64,000 nucleotides of DNA from a virus, in IMG/VR virus record IMGVR_UViG_3300037312_000927, one strand, 5' to 3'. Shown here in pieces: positions 17,251 through 25,451 of the stretch (positions are counted from its first letter, which is position 1; each line of letters starts with the position of its first letter). The position numbers and the translations under genes are program-made. The notes beneath the pieces were generated by a model that had not been told where the DNA came from, searched no databases, and worked only from the letters and a program-made list of their open reading frames with translations.

Positions 17251-17461
17251 ACAACTTAATGTACGTTAGGCCTTGAGACGAAAGTCTCTTGAAGTCTAAG
17301 GTGGATGCCACATCCACTGTGTACTTCTCCTCCTACGGGGAGAAAAACCTGGCGGCCTCCGGCCACCGGTGTGATCTCAAGGACCCGGGTTAGTCTGCTT
17401 TTATAAACCATTATAAAACTGGGTACCTGGAGACCGACGTGAGATCACAAGATTAAGTTGT
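17251..17461 (+). ncRNA. candidate multibranch ncRNA
   Basis: 10-bp closing stem 17251-17260/17452-17461 enclosing five hairpins; TTGATC-18 nt-TATACT promoter at 17212-17241. Confidence 0.55.
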
Positions 17462-17552
17462 TTCTTCGCTTCCGTAGTTTATCGGAAAACGTCCAGTATC
17501 TTAAGTGAGAAAGACTTGCAATGTTAAAACCCATTGCCGGAAGCACCAATTT

Positions 17553-17628
17553 GGCGGGGTAATTCAGTGGTCAGAAGAAGAGCCTCATAAGCTCTGCGTC
17601 GGTGGTTCGAATCCACCCCCCGCAACCA
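17553..17628 (+). tRNA. trnM: tRNA-Met(CAU), initiator-like 1:72 mismatch
   Basis: GGCGGGG/CCCCGCA acceptor, AGAGC-CTCATAA-GCTCT, GGTGG-TTCGAAT-CCACC, A + CCA. Confidence 0.9.
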
Positions 17629-17759
17629 CTTTGCGAAAGCAGATAGGCTGATTGAAGCGGCCATATCCGAATCATGGGCTGTAGAGGGTAGGTTCGATTC
17701 CTCCATTCGGTTCTTCAATATCTGTGAGTAGCATCCTTTCACGTCCTTAGTATTAAGCA

Positions 17760-18430
17760 AGTAACACCTTGCTACAGAAGGCTACCTTCTGGTACTAGCT
17801 TGGGCTTTATCGCTGCGCTCAAGCCCAGAGATGAGTAGACTCTCCTGGATCCGCCGGCGCCGGCGCCGATCGCCGACGTATCCACGTCTCTTATGTGTAA
17901 GGACATTTTCGAACTTTGGTACAACAAGGGTATTACGCCTTTGTATCATGAGGCTACCTCATGGGAGTACACTGGAATCAATGATTAACCATCGCTTAGA
18001 CATTGTAGAAGTCAATGTCTCGCTCCGGTCATCGAGCAAAGTTCAGTTTCTAGTTTCTAGCTTCTAGCTTCTAGCTTCTAGTTGGGTCCCCTCAGCCCGG
18101 GTTAAATGAGGTTTATGGCCGCCAACTACGGGCGCTAACTTGCGAAAGTTAATAGCGACCTAGCAAGGTCCGTAGTTGGTAATTTCGACTTTAGTATTAA
18201 AGATAGAGAACCTATCTTCTACGATGTAACATTGTAGGTTTAGAGTTCTCATCACCTCTGGTGACCCCACCTCAGCTACATCTTTGGCTACGCCTGGGTG
18301 CTTCGCTTCAGATGTATCAGAGGAGGGGTAACCAGAGGTGATGAGAGTTACCTGGTAGTTTTAATCTTTTAAATTTAAATTTAAGTATACCTGGTGGCTA
18401 CCTGGAACGAAATCGAGTAAAGTCAAGAAT
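17760..18430. ncRNA. large highly structured non-coding region (candidate ncRNA)
   Basis: Many perfect stems, including 16 bp 18247-18262/18331-18346 and 10 bp 18122-18131/18170-18179; no credible ORF. Confidence 0.5.
18047..18081. repeat. tandem heptamer repeat (YTTCTAG)x5
   Basis: TTTCTAG TTTCTAG CTTCTAG CTTCTAG CTTCTAG. Confidence 0.95.
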
Positions 18431-18661
18431 TATTGCCACAGCGTATGTTCCTTTGTGAATAGGCTAGCCAAGCAGAGAGAGGCGCATATATCCTCTGCAG
18501 GTGTAGGTGCCGCCGTCATTTCGGTCTCCTCCCCTAGATATAAAGTTTACCAATTAAAGTGAGATAAGGTTCTCACCCAAACGGCACCTGTCGGCGGTGA
18601 ACGGAAATTCTATGGGGCACTGATACACCCACCGGTCTTCTGGCCGGTGAATTCTCCACAG

Positions 18662-18689
18662 AGCCTTGGTTAACTCCAGGGCTTTTTTT
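18662..18689 (+). terminator. intrinsic terminator
   Basis: AGCCTTGG/CCAGGGCT followed by a T-run. Confidence 0.65.
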
Positions 18690-18715
18690 AGCCTAATCAA
18701 GGCCGTTCAAGCCCG

Positions 18716-19359
18716 GTGTCCAGAATTTTTGGACACTGTCCATTTCTTTAGGACATCTGTCCACTTCTATAATCTCAGCAAATAAAGCCTATATAGGGAT
18801 TACTGTCCTATTGTCCAAAACGCTGAAAATAAAACTGGACACTCTAAGTCATTGATTCTAAAAAGAAAAATGGCAAAGTGTCCAGTTTTTTGTGATTTTC
18901 CGAAAAACATACACCAACCTTCGTGGAGAGAGTTGAGGAGAAATCGACAGAGCCTCCCTCACCCTCAACAAATCTGCTTTTATGAAAACCTCCGCTTCCC
19001 CTGTGAATACTACCTCTCTATATATATAATATATAATATATAAATAATAAATATATATAAATATATATAATATGACGCAGTTTCTTGACTGATACTGGTT
19101 GAGAGGGTCTCTCCCATTTTTCCAAAAATTCTGAGAGATTTTTTACAAAGGTGGGTGTATGTTTTTGAAAAAATCGAAAAAAACTGGACACTTGGCCTAA
19201 AAGTCTAATAAACACAAGTGAAAAGGGTGTCCAATTTTATTTTCATGTTTTTGGACACTCTGGACACTTGCTTTAAAGGCCTTGATTTTAAAGGTGTTTT
19301 AAGTGTCCACTGCGCACAGCAAAATTGGACACCTGTCCAAAAAACTGGACACCTGTCCT
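18716..19359. repeat. putative replication origin: TGGACAC/GTGTCCA iteron array around an A/T-only core
   Basis: 11 exact heptamers (18716, 18730, 18836, 18878, 19185, 19227, 19252, 19261, 19303, 19326, 19346) plus variants; 55-nt pure A/T tract at 19019-19073; about 38-bp imperfect inverted repeat on either side. Confidence 0.7.
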
Positions 19360-19471
19360 GATTTTGATTAATTTGTTTCCCACAAGTAATTAAAAACCCT
19401 CTGTTTTGGTATAAGTAAGATACCTATAACTTGATTCCCCCTTTACAAACCAAATTTAGAGGTACTTTATC

Positions 19472-19696
19472 ATGCAGCGTCATTCGGAAATTCTGGTTAT
19501 CGTGGGCGGCAAACAAGTGCACGTCATTCATGATCCTGCTCATCCCCCTGCCCCTCAGTCCTTTTTGGAGATTCCCGACAGAGAATCTATCACACGTTTC
19601 CAAGAACTATATGTAACCAAGGTCAAGAACAAATATCCAGACTCAAACGATGCCACCTCCCCGATGGTTATCGAATGTGAATGCATACCTGTTTAA
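19472..19696 (+). CDS. small hypothetical protein
   Basis: GAGG RBS after TGGTATAAG at 19407. Confidence 0.65.
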   Translation: MQRHSEILVIVGGKQVHVIHDPAHPPAPQSFLEIPDRESITRFQELYVTKVKNKYPDSNDATSPMVIECECIPV

Positions 19697-19789
19697 AGAC
19701 CGAGACCGGGGACTACCTCCTCGGTTTTAGATTCAATGATATAATCTTCTTTGGTATAAGAATAATGTAACCAACTACGACTAAGAACA

Positions 19790-20446
19790 ATGGCTATTAA
19801 CAATCTCACATCATCTGAATTTTTAGATTCATACAATTTCATTGTCAGGGAGGGCGAGGCGATGGTATCTCCCAGTGCAACCTTTACCGGGCCATCGGTA
19901 GAAATTAACACAACCCCAACTGGTAGGGTTATCGGCACGGCGTCTCCCGCAACAGCTACCATCGCCCCACCGTTGACCCGGACTAATCTTCGCCCTGAGG
20001 TTACTGTAGCCTGGAACCCTCCTTCGGAGATCGATGCCACAGCGATGAGGGTGGCCCAACGAGCTTTAGAGCAGAGACTAAGGGGTGAAGGACTTAGGGC
20101 CACTTCGAGTCTCTGGAGTATTCCTGAGGATGAATTATCTAGTAACTCCCTCGCAGGTGCTCAAGATACTTTCACGTATGCGGTTGATAGAAATGATCTA
20201 TTTTTCCAGGTCAGAGATAATAGGTTTGTCAGCACCCGTGCCACTGAAAATATCGACACCAGGAAGGTTCAGCTTCCAATTAAGATCTCCAATCATAATG
20301 ACCTTATAAAGTTCTTCAAGGAAAAAGTAGAACTCAAACTCAACGGAGTAAAAACCGACACAACCATCGAACTTACCTTAAGTCTTAACCTCATTGATAC
20401 CGGGGAAGAGATTATTTCAACCCAAGAAGTAATAGAACTGGACTAA
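19790..20446 (+). CDS. hypothetical protein
   Basis: 218-aa ORF after TGGTATAAG at 19752. Confidence 0.75.
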   Translation: MAINNLTSSEFLDSYNFIVREGEAMVSPSATFTGPSVEINTTPTGRVIGTASPATATIAPPLTRTNLRPEVTVAWNPPSEIDATAMRVAQRALEQRLRGEGLRATSSLWSIPEDELSSNSLAGAQDTFTYAVDRNDLFFQVRDNRFVSTRATENIDTRKVQLPIKISNHNDLIKFFKEKVELKLNGVKTDTTIELTLSLNLIDTGEEIISTQEVIELD

Positions 20447-20448
20447 CC

Positions 20449-21306
20449 ATGCCAACCCAAGAACAGACTCACAAAATCTACGTCCTGTACCACGCCCACT
20501 GTACGGATGGTACAGGCAGCAAATACGCTGCCTGGAAGAGGCTTCATCACCGAGCGACGTACATCGCGGTGAACTACAATCAGCCGATGCCTGAGCTGGA
20601 GCCGGGGAGTGAAATCTACATCGTAGACTTCTCCTACCCTAAAACCGTTTTAGAGGCCCTACAAGCCACGCACAAGAGTGTGGTAGTACTCGACCATCAT
20701 AAAACCGCTGAAGAGGCTCTAAGGGGCGTTAAAGGCTGCGTATTCGATATGCACAAGAGCGGGTGTGTCATGACGTGGGAATACTTCCACCCCAACACTT
20801 CTGTTCCGAATCTTCTGCTCGATATCCAAGACCGGGATCTATGGCTTTGGAAACGTCCTAATTCCAAAGCAGTTCATGCTGGCCTGAACATCCTGGAAGG
20901 GGACATGCATGAGTGGGATAAGGCAGCGACTATCCCTAACCATTACGATAAGCTCGTAAGTATCGGCAATACGTTTCTTCGTAAACAGGATTTGGTGGTG
21001 AAGTCTGCTGTCAAGAGCAAGACTAAGGTCATTAACTTTTTAGGCTACAAATGCGGCATTACCAATCAGTGTGATCTCTCAAGTGAGATCGGTAACGGAA
21101 TCTGCTTGAGTAAAGAGTTGGACGTTGATTTCGCCGTAGTATATTGTATTACGGCTAGTGATGATGTACTATTGTCGTTCCGCAGTTTGGGCGACTTTGA
21201 TGTAAGTGAATTGGCTAAGAAGTTTGGTGGCGGAGGCCATAAGAATGCCTCGGGTGCAAATGTGAAGCTGGACGTACTGATTAAGATTTTGGCGGGTGAA
21301 CTGTGA
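20449..21306 (+). CDS. DHH/DHHA1-family phosphoesterase (NrnB-like)
   Basis: YHAHCTDG, IVDFS, VLDHH, DRDLW, SFRS...GGGGHKNASG. Confidence 0.9.
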   Translation: MPTQEQTHKIYVLYHAHCTDGTGSKYAAWKRLHHRATYIAVNYNQPMPELEPGSEIYIVDFSYPKTVLEALQATHKSVVVLDHHKTAEEALRGVKGCVFDMHKSGCVMTWEYFHPNTSVPNLLLDIQDRDLWLWKRPNSKAVHAGLNILEGDMHEWDKAATIPNHYDKLVSIGNTFLRKQDLVVKSAVKSKTKVINFLGYKCGITNQCDLSSEIGNGICLSKELDVDFAVVYCITASDDVLLSFRSLGDFDVSELAKKFGGGGHKNASGANVKLDVLIKILAGEL

Positions 21307-21584
21307 ACATCGGACTCGATTACGATAATACTTATACAAGAGATCCTGAGTGCTGGAACCAGATAATTGACACCTTCGAGCAGTCCGGTCACAACGTTTA
21401 TGTTGTCACCATGAGAACTCCGGAAGAAGGTCAACCGGTGCGAGAAGCACTGTCAAGCAGGGTTGAAGGCATTTTCTTTACGTCGAGAAAAGCTAAGAAG
21501 CCCTATATGTTTGAGCGGGGGATAGATATCTCAGTTTGGATCGATGACTGTCCATTTTTCGTAGAAAATGACGCAACGGGATAA
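21303..21584 (+). CDS. small HAD-like protein
   Basis: IGLDYDNTYT, VYVVTMR, WIDDCP. Confidence 0.75.
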   Translation: MNIGLDYDNTYTRDPECWNQIIDTFEQSGHNVYVVTMRTPEEGQPVREALSSRVEGIFFTSRKAKKPYMFERGIDISVWIDDCPFFVENDATG

Positions 21585-22041
21585 AACTACATTAGAACGA
21601 TTTGAGGAGAAATTCCTCAAAGGTGAAATAGATCAATGTTGGGAATGGACTGCAGCGACTAACGCTTCAGGTTATGGTACTTTTGGAGTTAAAGGGGTGG
21701 GCGTATTAGCACATAGATACGCATACGAAACCTACGTACTAAAGGGACCGATCCCCAGTGGTTTGTGTGTTCTTCATTCATGTGATAATCCCCTATGTGT
21801 TAATTACGCATCCCATCTTAGGCTTGGAACTAGAAGAGAAAATAATCTAGAAAGAACCTCAAAGGGTAGACAAGCATTTGGGGAGAGAAACAGACACGCA
21901 AAACTTAACAATGGATTAGTACTAGAAATACGTAAACTCCACTTAGAAGGAGTAACTGAAGCAGAACTTGCAAGGCGTTTTTCAGTCGCTCCCAATACAG
22001 TAAACGGGATTCTTAATAGAAAAACGTGGAAACATATCTAA
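21568..22041 (+). CDS. free-standing HNH homing endonuclease with C-terminal HTH
   Basis: CWEWT...GYG...AHRYAYE...VLHSCDNPLCVN..HLRLGT..EN; C-terminal AELARRFSVA. Confidence 0.9.
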   Translation: MTQRDKTTLERFEEKFLKGEIDQCWEWTAATNASGYGTFGVKGVGVLAHRYAYETYVLKGPIPSGLCVLHSCDNPLCVNYASHLRLGTRRENNLERTSKGRQAFGERNRHAKLNNGLVLEIRKLHLEGVTEAELARRFSVAPNTVNGILNRKTWKHI

Positions 22042-22071
22042 AAATAAAAATTTAACTAGAAAAAGAACAAA

Positions 22072-22500
22072 ATGAGTGATAAAGACCAAGTGTACACAGG
22101 GGAACTCTTCAATACGGCAGTTGGATGTTTGCCGGTTTATGAGCTTTTTGCAAAGGATACTTATGAAGAAGATAATCTCAGCGTTACAGGTAGCGATCCT
22201 GATTCTAAGCCTGGTGCAACAATTCCGGAGCCGGCGGTCGGCTTCTTAGAGGAAGCAAAAGCCCAGATGGAAGCAAGGGCAAAGCTTCGGGATTCAGAGT
22301 CCGGAGAAAGGACTGCCGGTAAAATTGCAAAGGTATTTAATGCTATTACCGATCGAGATTTGACGGAGTCCGAAGTCTGGCTTTTATTAGTTGTGCTAAA
22401 GATAGTACGTAGCCGAGGCGGCAAATATCATAGAGATGATTACGTGGACATGGCTGCGTATTCCGCATTATGGGCTGAGCACGAGTCCGCGACTAGATAA
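22072..22500 (+). CDS. DUF6378-like hypothetical protein
   Basis: IAKVFNAIT...EVWLLLVVLKIVR...HRDDYVDMAAYSAL. Confidence 0.65.
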   Translation: MSDKDQVYTGELFNTAVGCLPVYELFAKDTYEEDNLSVTGSDPDSKPGATIPEPAVGFLEEAKAQMEARAKLRDSESGERTAGKIAKVFNAITDRDLTESEVWLLLVVLKIVRSRGGKYHRDDYVDMAAYSALWAEHESATR

Positions 22501-22514
22501 ACAAGGAACTTTAA

Positions 22515-22811
22515 ATGATACAAAACGAAATCGTAGATACGGCGTGGGGAGCGCCTTTGAAACCCGAAGAGACTACTCTAGTGATTGACGCGGAAGGTGA
22601 GAAGAAGACACTAGGGGAGGTATTTAATACTTTACCTATTCGAAAAGGGCCTCTTAACGACGTCATCTCTCATCTGACGAGTCTTGCCGATATGATCGAA
22701 GGCGACATGGAATACTTCAATAAGTTCCAAGGCCAATCGATGGCAATCAATCGCCTTGCGATGATTAAAGGGTTGATCCTCCGAGAAGTCAAAACCCTGA
22801 AGTCCCTGTAA
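22515..22811 (+). CDS. hypothetical protein
   Basis: AAGGA RBS. Confidence 0.7.
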   Translation: MIQNEIVDTAWGAPLKPEETTLVIDAEGEKKTLGEVFNTLPIRKGPLNDVISHLTSLADMIEGDMEYFNKFQGQSMAINRLAMIKGLILREVKTLKSL

Positions 22812-22846
22812 TACCTAAACAAAACTAAAAATAATAGAATAAGAAT

Positions 22847-23569
22847 ATGAATCAAACGAACGTAAATCAGCTGAAAACAATGTTGGCCCTCCAGGAAGCT
22901 TCCTGCGCTATGTACAATCCTAACTGGAGAAAGGATCGTCCGGCTTATGCCGATGCTATCTGGACAGAGGCAGCTGAGGCATTTAACCATACTAGATGGG
23001 AGTGGTGGAAGGAGCAGAAATCGGGCATTGACTACGGTCAGATCAACATGGAAATTGTAGATGTTTGGCACTTTGTTCTCTCTGAGCTCCTGCTTCATGA
23101 TGAGGTCGATGGAGTGACCTACACCGGCCTTATCGAAACTATTGGTCGTGAAGTCCAAGCGGCTGATCTAGGATTTGGTATGGAGGCTGTGAAGAGAGCA
23201 CTGAGAACCATGGTGGGTTCCGCAATTGTACCTCAAGATGAATCCAGAATCGTGATGATTCTTGCTTCATTTGTTCGGTTGATGCGGGTCGTAGGTATGT
23301 CGTGGGACACGTTGTATAAGCTGTACGTTGGTAAGAATGCCCTGAATCAATTTAGACAAGATAACGGGTATAAGACTGATACTAAAGCCTATAAATCCAA
23401 GTGGGCTGAAGAAAAGGGTTGGGAAGATAATCAATATCTTACCGAGTATCTCAACACCTTGGAGAGTATCCCGGAAAACTCTACGGAATTCCGAAAGCAA
23501 ATCATGGATGCTCTTCAGACCATGTATGATAGCAGAGATGGGTCACAGACTAATAAAAACGAGAGTTAA
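22847..23569 (+). CDS. dut: dimeric (all-alpha) dUTPase
   Basis: EAAEAFNHTRWEWWK, MEIVDVWHF, YVGKNALNQFRQDNGYK. Confidence 0.88.
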   Translation: MNQTNVNQLKTMLALQEASCAMYNPNWRKDRPAYADAIWTEAAEAFNHTRWEWWKEQKSGIDYGQINMEIVDVWHFVLSELLLHDEVDGVTYTGLIETIGREVQAADLGFGMEAVKRALRTMVGSAIVPQDESRIVMILASFVRLMRVVGMSWDTLYKLYVGKNALNQFRQDNGYKTDTKAYKSKWAEEKGWEDNQYLTEYLNTLESIPENSTEFRKQIMDALQTMYDSRDGSQTNKNES

Positions 23570-23948
23570 GGTTTATCTCGATGTAGAAATTGCTGATGTG
23601 GATTATGAAAACGAACCTTCGATTCTTCATTTGACACATCCGAAACTTGACGGCATTCTCGAACTTTATTTAGATAAAGGTGAGGTGCCGGAAGATCGAT
23701 TAGAAAGGATTGAATGTTATGATGGAGAAGAAGAGCCAGAGGAAGAGTACGGTGCAAAGTATGATCCTTTTAAGCGCAATCCTTCTGTTATTCATCTCGG
23801 TTCGTCCTCTTCTTCTAGTTCTTCGAGTAGTTCTGGGAGCAGTGTCTCAAGAGTTTCGGGATCACCCGATTCTCTCGATGATCGTCTTGTTAAGCTAGCA
23901 GGACTGGCAGGAAAACTTCGAGGTCAGTTCAAAGGATTTAAGAAGTGA
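23508..23948 (+). CDS. hypothetical protein with a poly-Ser tract (start uncertain)
   Basis: ORF overlapping the dUTPase end; SSSSSSSSSSSGSS tract. Confidence 0.55.
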   Translation: MLFRPCMIAEMGHRLIKTRVKVYLDVEIADVDYENEPSILHLTHPKLDGILELYLDKGEVPEDRLERIECYDGEEEPEEEYGAKYDPFKRNPSVIHLGSSSSSSSSSSSGSSVSRVSGSPDSLDDRLVKLAGLAGKLRGQFKGFKK

Positions 23949-23950
23949 TG

Positions 23951-23982
23951 CAAGCCGGGCTATTAACCCGGCTTTTTTTTTA
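23951..23982 (+). terminator. intrinsic terminator
   Basis: AAGCCGGG/CCCGGCTT followed by a long T-run. Confidence 0.8.
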
Positions 23983-24070
23983 GCTTAAGAATTCATTTAT
24001 TGATAAGTGAAATGGTATAAGAATAGTATATAGATAACACCCTATATTTATCTAACACTAGGAGATTATA

Positions 24071-24460
24071 ATGGGACATACCTTGAGTGCTGTTGTGTTG
24101 GTTCTGATCGCAGTAATTATCTGCAAATCGTTGGACAAATTTCTTAATGACCCTAGTATATCCCCGGATCAGTGTGGAGATTGGGTTTCTGAAGTAGTGC
24201 TATGTGGCAGGGACTACGAGCTGGTTCTATACCGCCAGAGATACAAAACAGCGGTTGATGCAGACGCTCACGGTACGAAAATCTGCGGAAAAATCCATGG
24301 ATTTTTCAAAAAGGCTTTACCATATGACTCTGTAAGGTCCGTATTTCAGACTAAGAATCACGGTGAAGTTTTCCTCTCTGTACGGACCGACGGAGTGGCT
24401 CGTGAGTATCACGGGAATATTACCGCAACGGATTTACGAAACGTGGCTCAATGCGTTTAA
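24071..24460 (+). CDS. membrane-anchored hypothetical protein
   Basis: AGGAG RBS; N-terminal TM helix. Confidence 0.75.
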   Translation: MGHTLSAVVLVLIAVIICKSLDKFLNDPSISPDQCGDWVSEVVLCGRDYELVLYRQRYKTAVDADAHGTKICGKIHGFFKKALPYDSVRSVFQTKNHGEVFLSVRTDGVAREYHGNITATDLRNVAQCV

Positions 24461-24484
24461 ACACGAAAGTTAACAAGGAGTAAA

Positions 24485-24836
24485 ATGATCCCCATCATCG
24501 CCTACGTTATCATCCCCTCTCTGCTGTTCCTCATCGGAGGCTTCGGCATGCACCACGGACGTACCAGGCACAAGCCGGATCCCTATGGAAAGTGGTTGGC
24601 CAAAGTCTACGCAGTGGGTAAAAGGCCATAGCAAGAGACTGGTATTCCAGCAAAGGTATTCGTCGTTGGATAAAGCCGAAACCGTCGCCAAGGCTAAAGC
24701 TGATAAGCTCTACGTCAAGCTTTGCAAAATGCCTAACGGGGGTGAGGCTGAGTTCGATTACCTCATGTATGACACGGGTATCGTAAATATGTACGCACCC
24801 CGTACGATGTACCCGATAAATACGTATGATATCTAA
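24485..24836 (+). pseudogene. frameshifted paralog of 24071..24460
   Basis: ORF 24485..24631 (TM, PDPYGKW) continues in the +1 frame (RLVFQQRY) after the AAAA run at 24620-24623. Confidence 0.55.
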
Positions 24837-24837
24837 T

Positions 24838-24869
24838 AAAAAAGCCAGGATATAAACCTGGCTTTTTTT
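24838..24869. terminator. bidirectional intrinsic terminator
   Basis: AAAAAAGCCAGG-atataaa-CCTGGCTTTTTTT. Confidence 0.8.
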
Positions 24870-24983
24870 AGATTAATAGTTACCAATTTGGTATAAGTAT
24901 AATGAGCTCAGCATTATGTATTACGGGGAGGAGTACTCTGGGTGCAGTAATCCAACTGCAACTTTACTTTAATAGGGGGTAGT

Positions 24984-25451
24984 ATGACACTCGTTAATTC
25001 TGATATGCAAATTATTACTACATCTAGAAAACGTTTTGTGTACAGGGACGCCCAATCCTTAGTAGGACAGCCTCTGATAGGAAATGGTGAATGTGTCGCC
25101 TTGGCACAGCGTTTATTCCCCGGGTTAGGTCATACCTCGACTTGGAAGGCCGGTAAAAGGGTGGTTGAATGTAAGGATTCCGAAATACCTATAGGCACAC
25201 TAATAGGTACTTTAGTAGATGGTAAATGGCCGGGGCGAGCCCACGGTAATCATGTTGGCATATACGGAGGATCTGCCAAACGCAGTGTTACTACCGGTAA
25301 TATTACATCATTCGTCTTGGTTGAACAGTTTCGCCACCCAAATGTAACGAAGATACAGGCCAGGGAGCTCCACAATAAGGGCAAAGGCCCTAATGGTCGA
25401 TACGTGGACATTTCGAATAATGCAGGTGCATTCTACATTATAGAGAAATGA
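24984..25451 (+). CDS. T6SS-type peptidoglycan amidase effector, Tae2-like (BPSL0067-type, NlpC/P60 Cys-His)
   Basis: GNGECVAL (catalytic Cys), TSTWKAG, GNHVGIY (His), VEQF, SNNAGAFYII; no signal peptide. Confidence 0.75.
   Translation: MTLVNSDMQIITTSRKRFVYRDAQSLVGQPLIGNGECVALAQRLFPGLGHTSTWKAGKRVVECKDSEIPIGTLIGTLVDGKWPGRAHGNHVGIYGGSAKRSVTTGNITSFVLVEQFRHPNVTKIQARELHNKGKGPNGRYVDISNNAGAFYIIEK

Noticed and set aside
17021-18430. RNase P RNA, group I intron or hammerhead ribozyme
   Set aside because: Conserved GAGGAAAGUCC, P7 R/S and CUGAUGA...GAAA cores were not found by eye.
19018-19215. Short ORFs across the origin (18852..19043, 19018..19215)
   Set aside because: Low-complexity IY-repeat products of the A/T tract; no RBS.
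18716-19359. CRISPR array
   Set aside because: Repeats are only 7 bp, occur in both orientations and are irregularly spaced overall; no cas genes.
21568-22041. Intron-encoded status of the HNH and GIY-YIG genes
   Set aside because: Flanking genes look complete, and there is no room or motif for a group I core; treated as free-standing.
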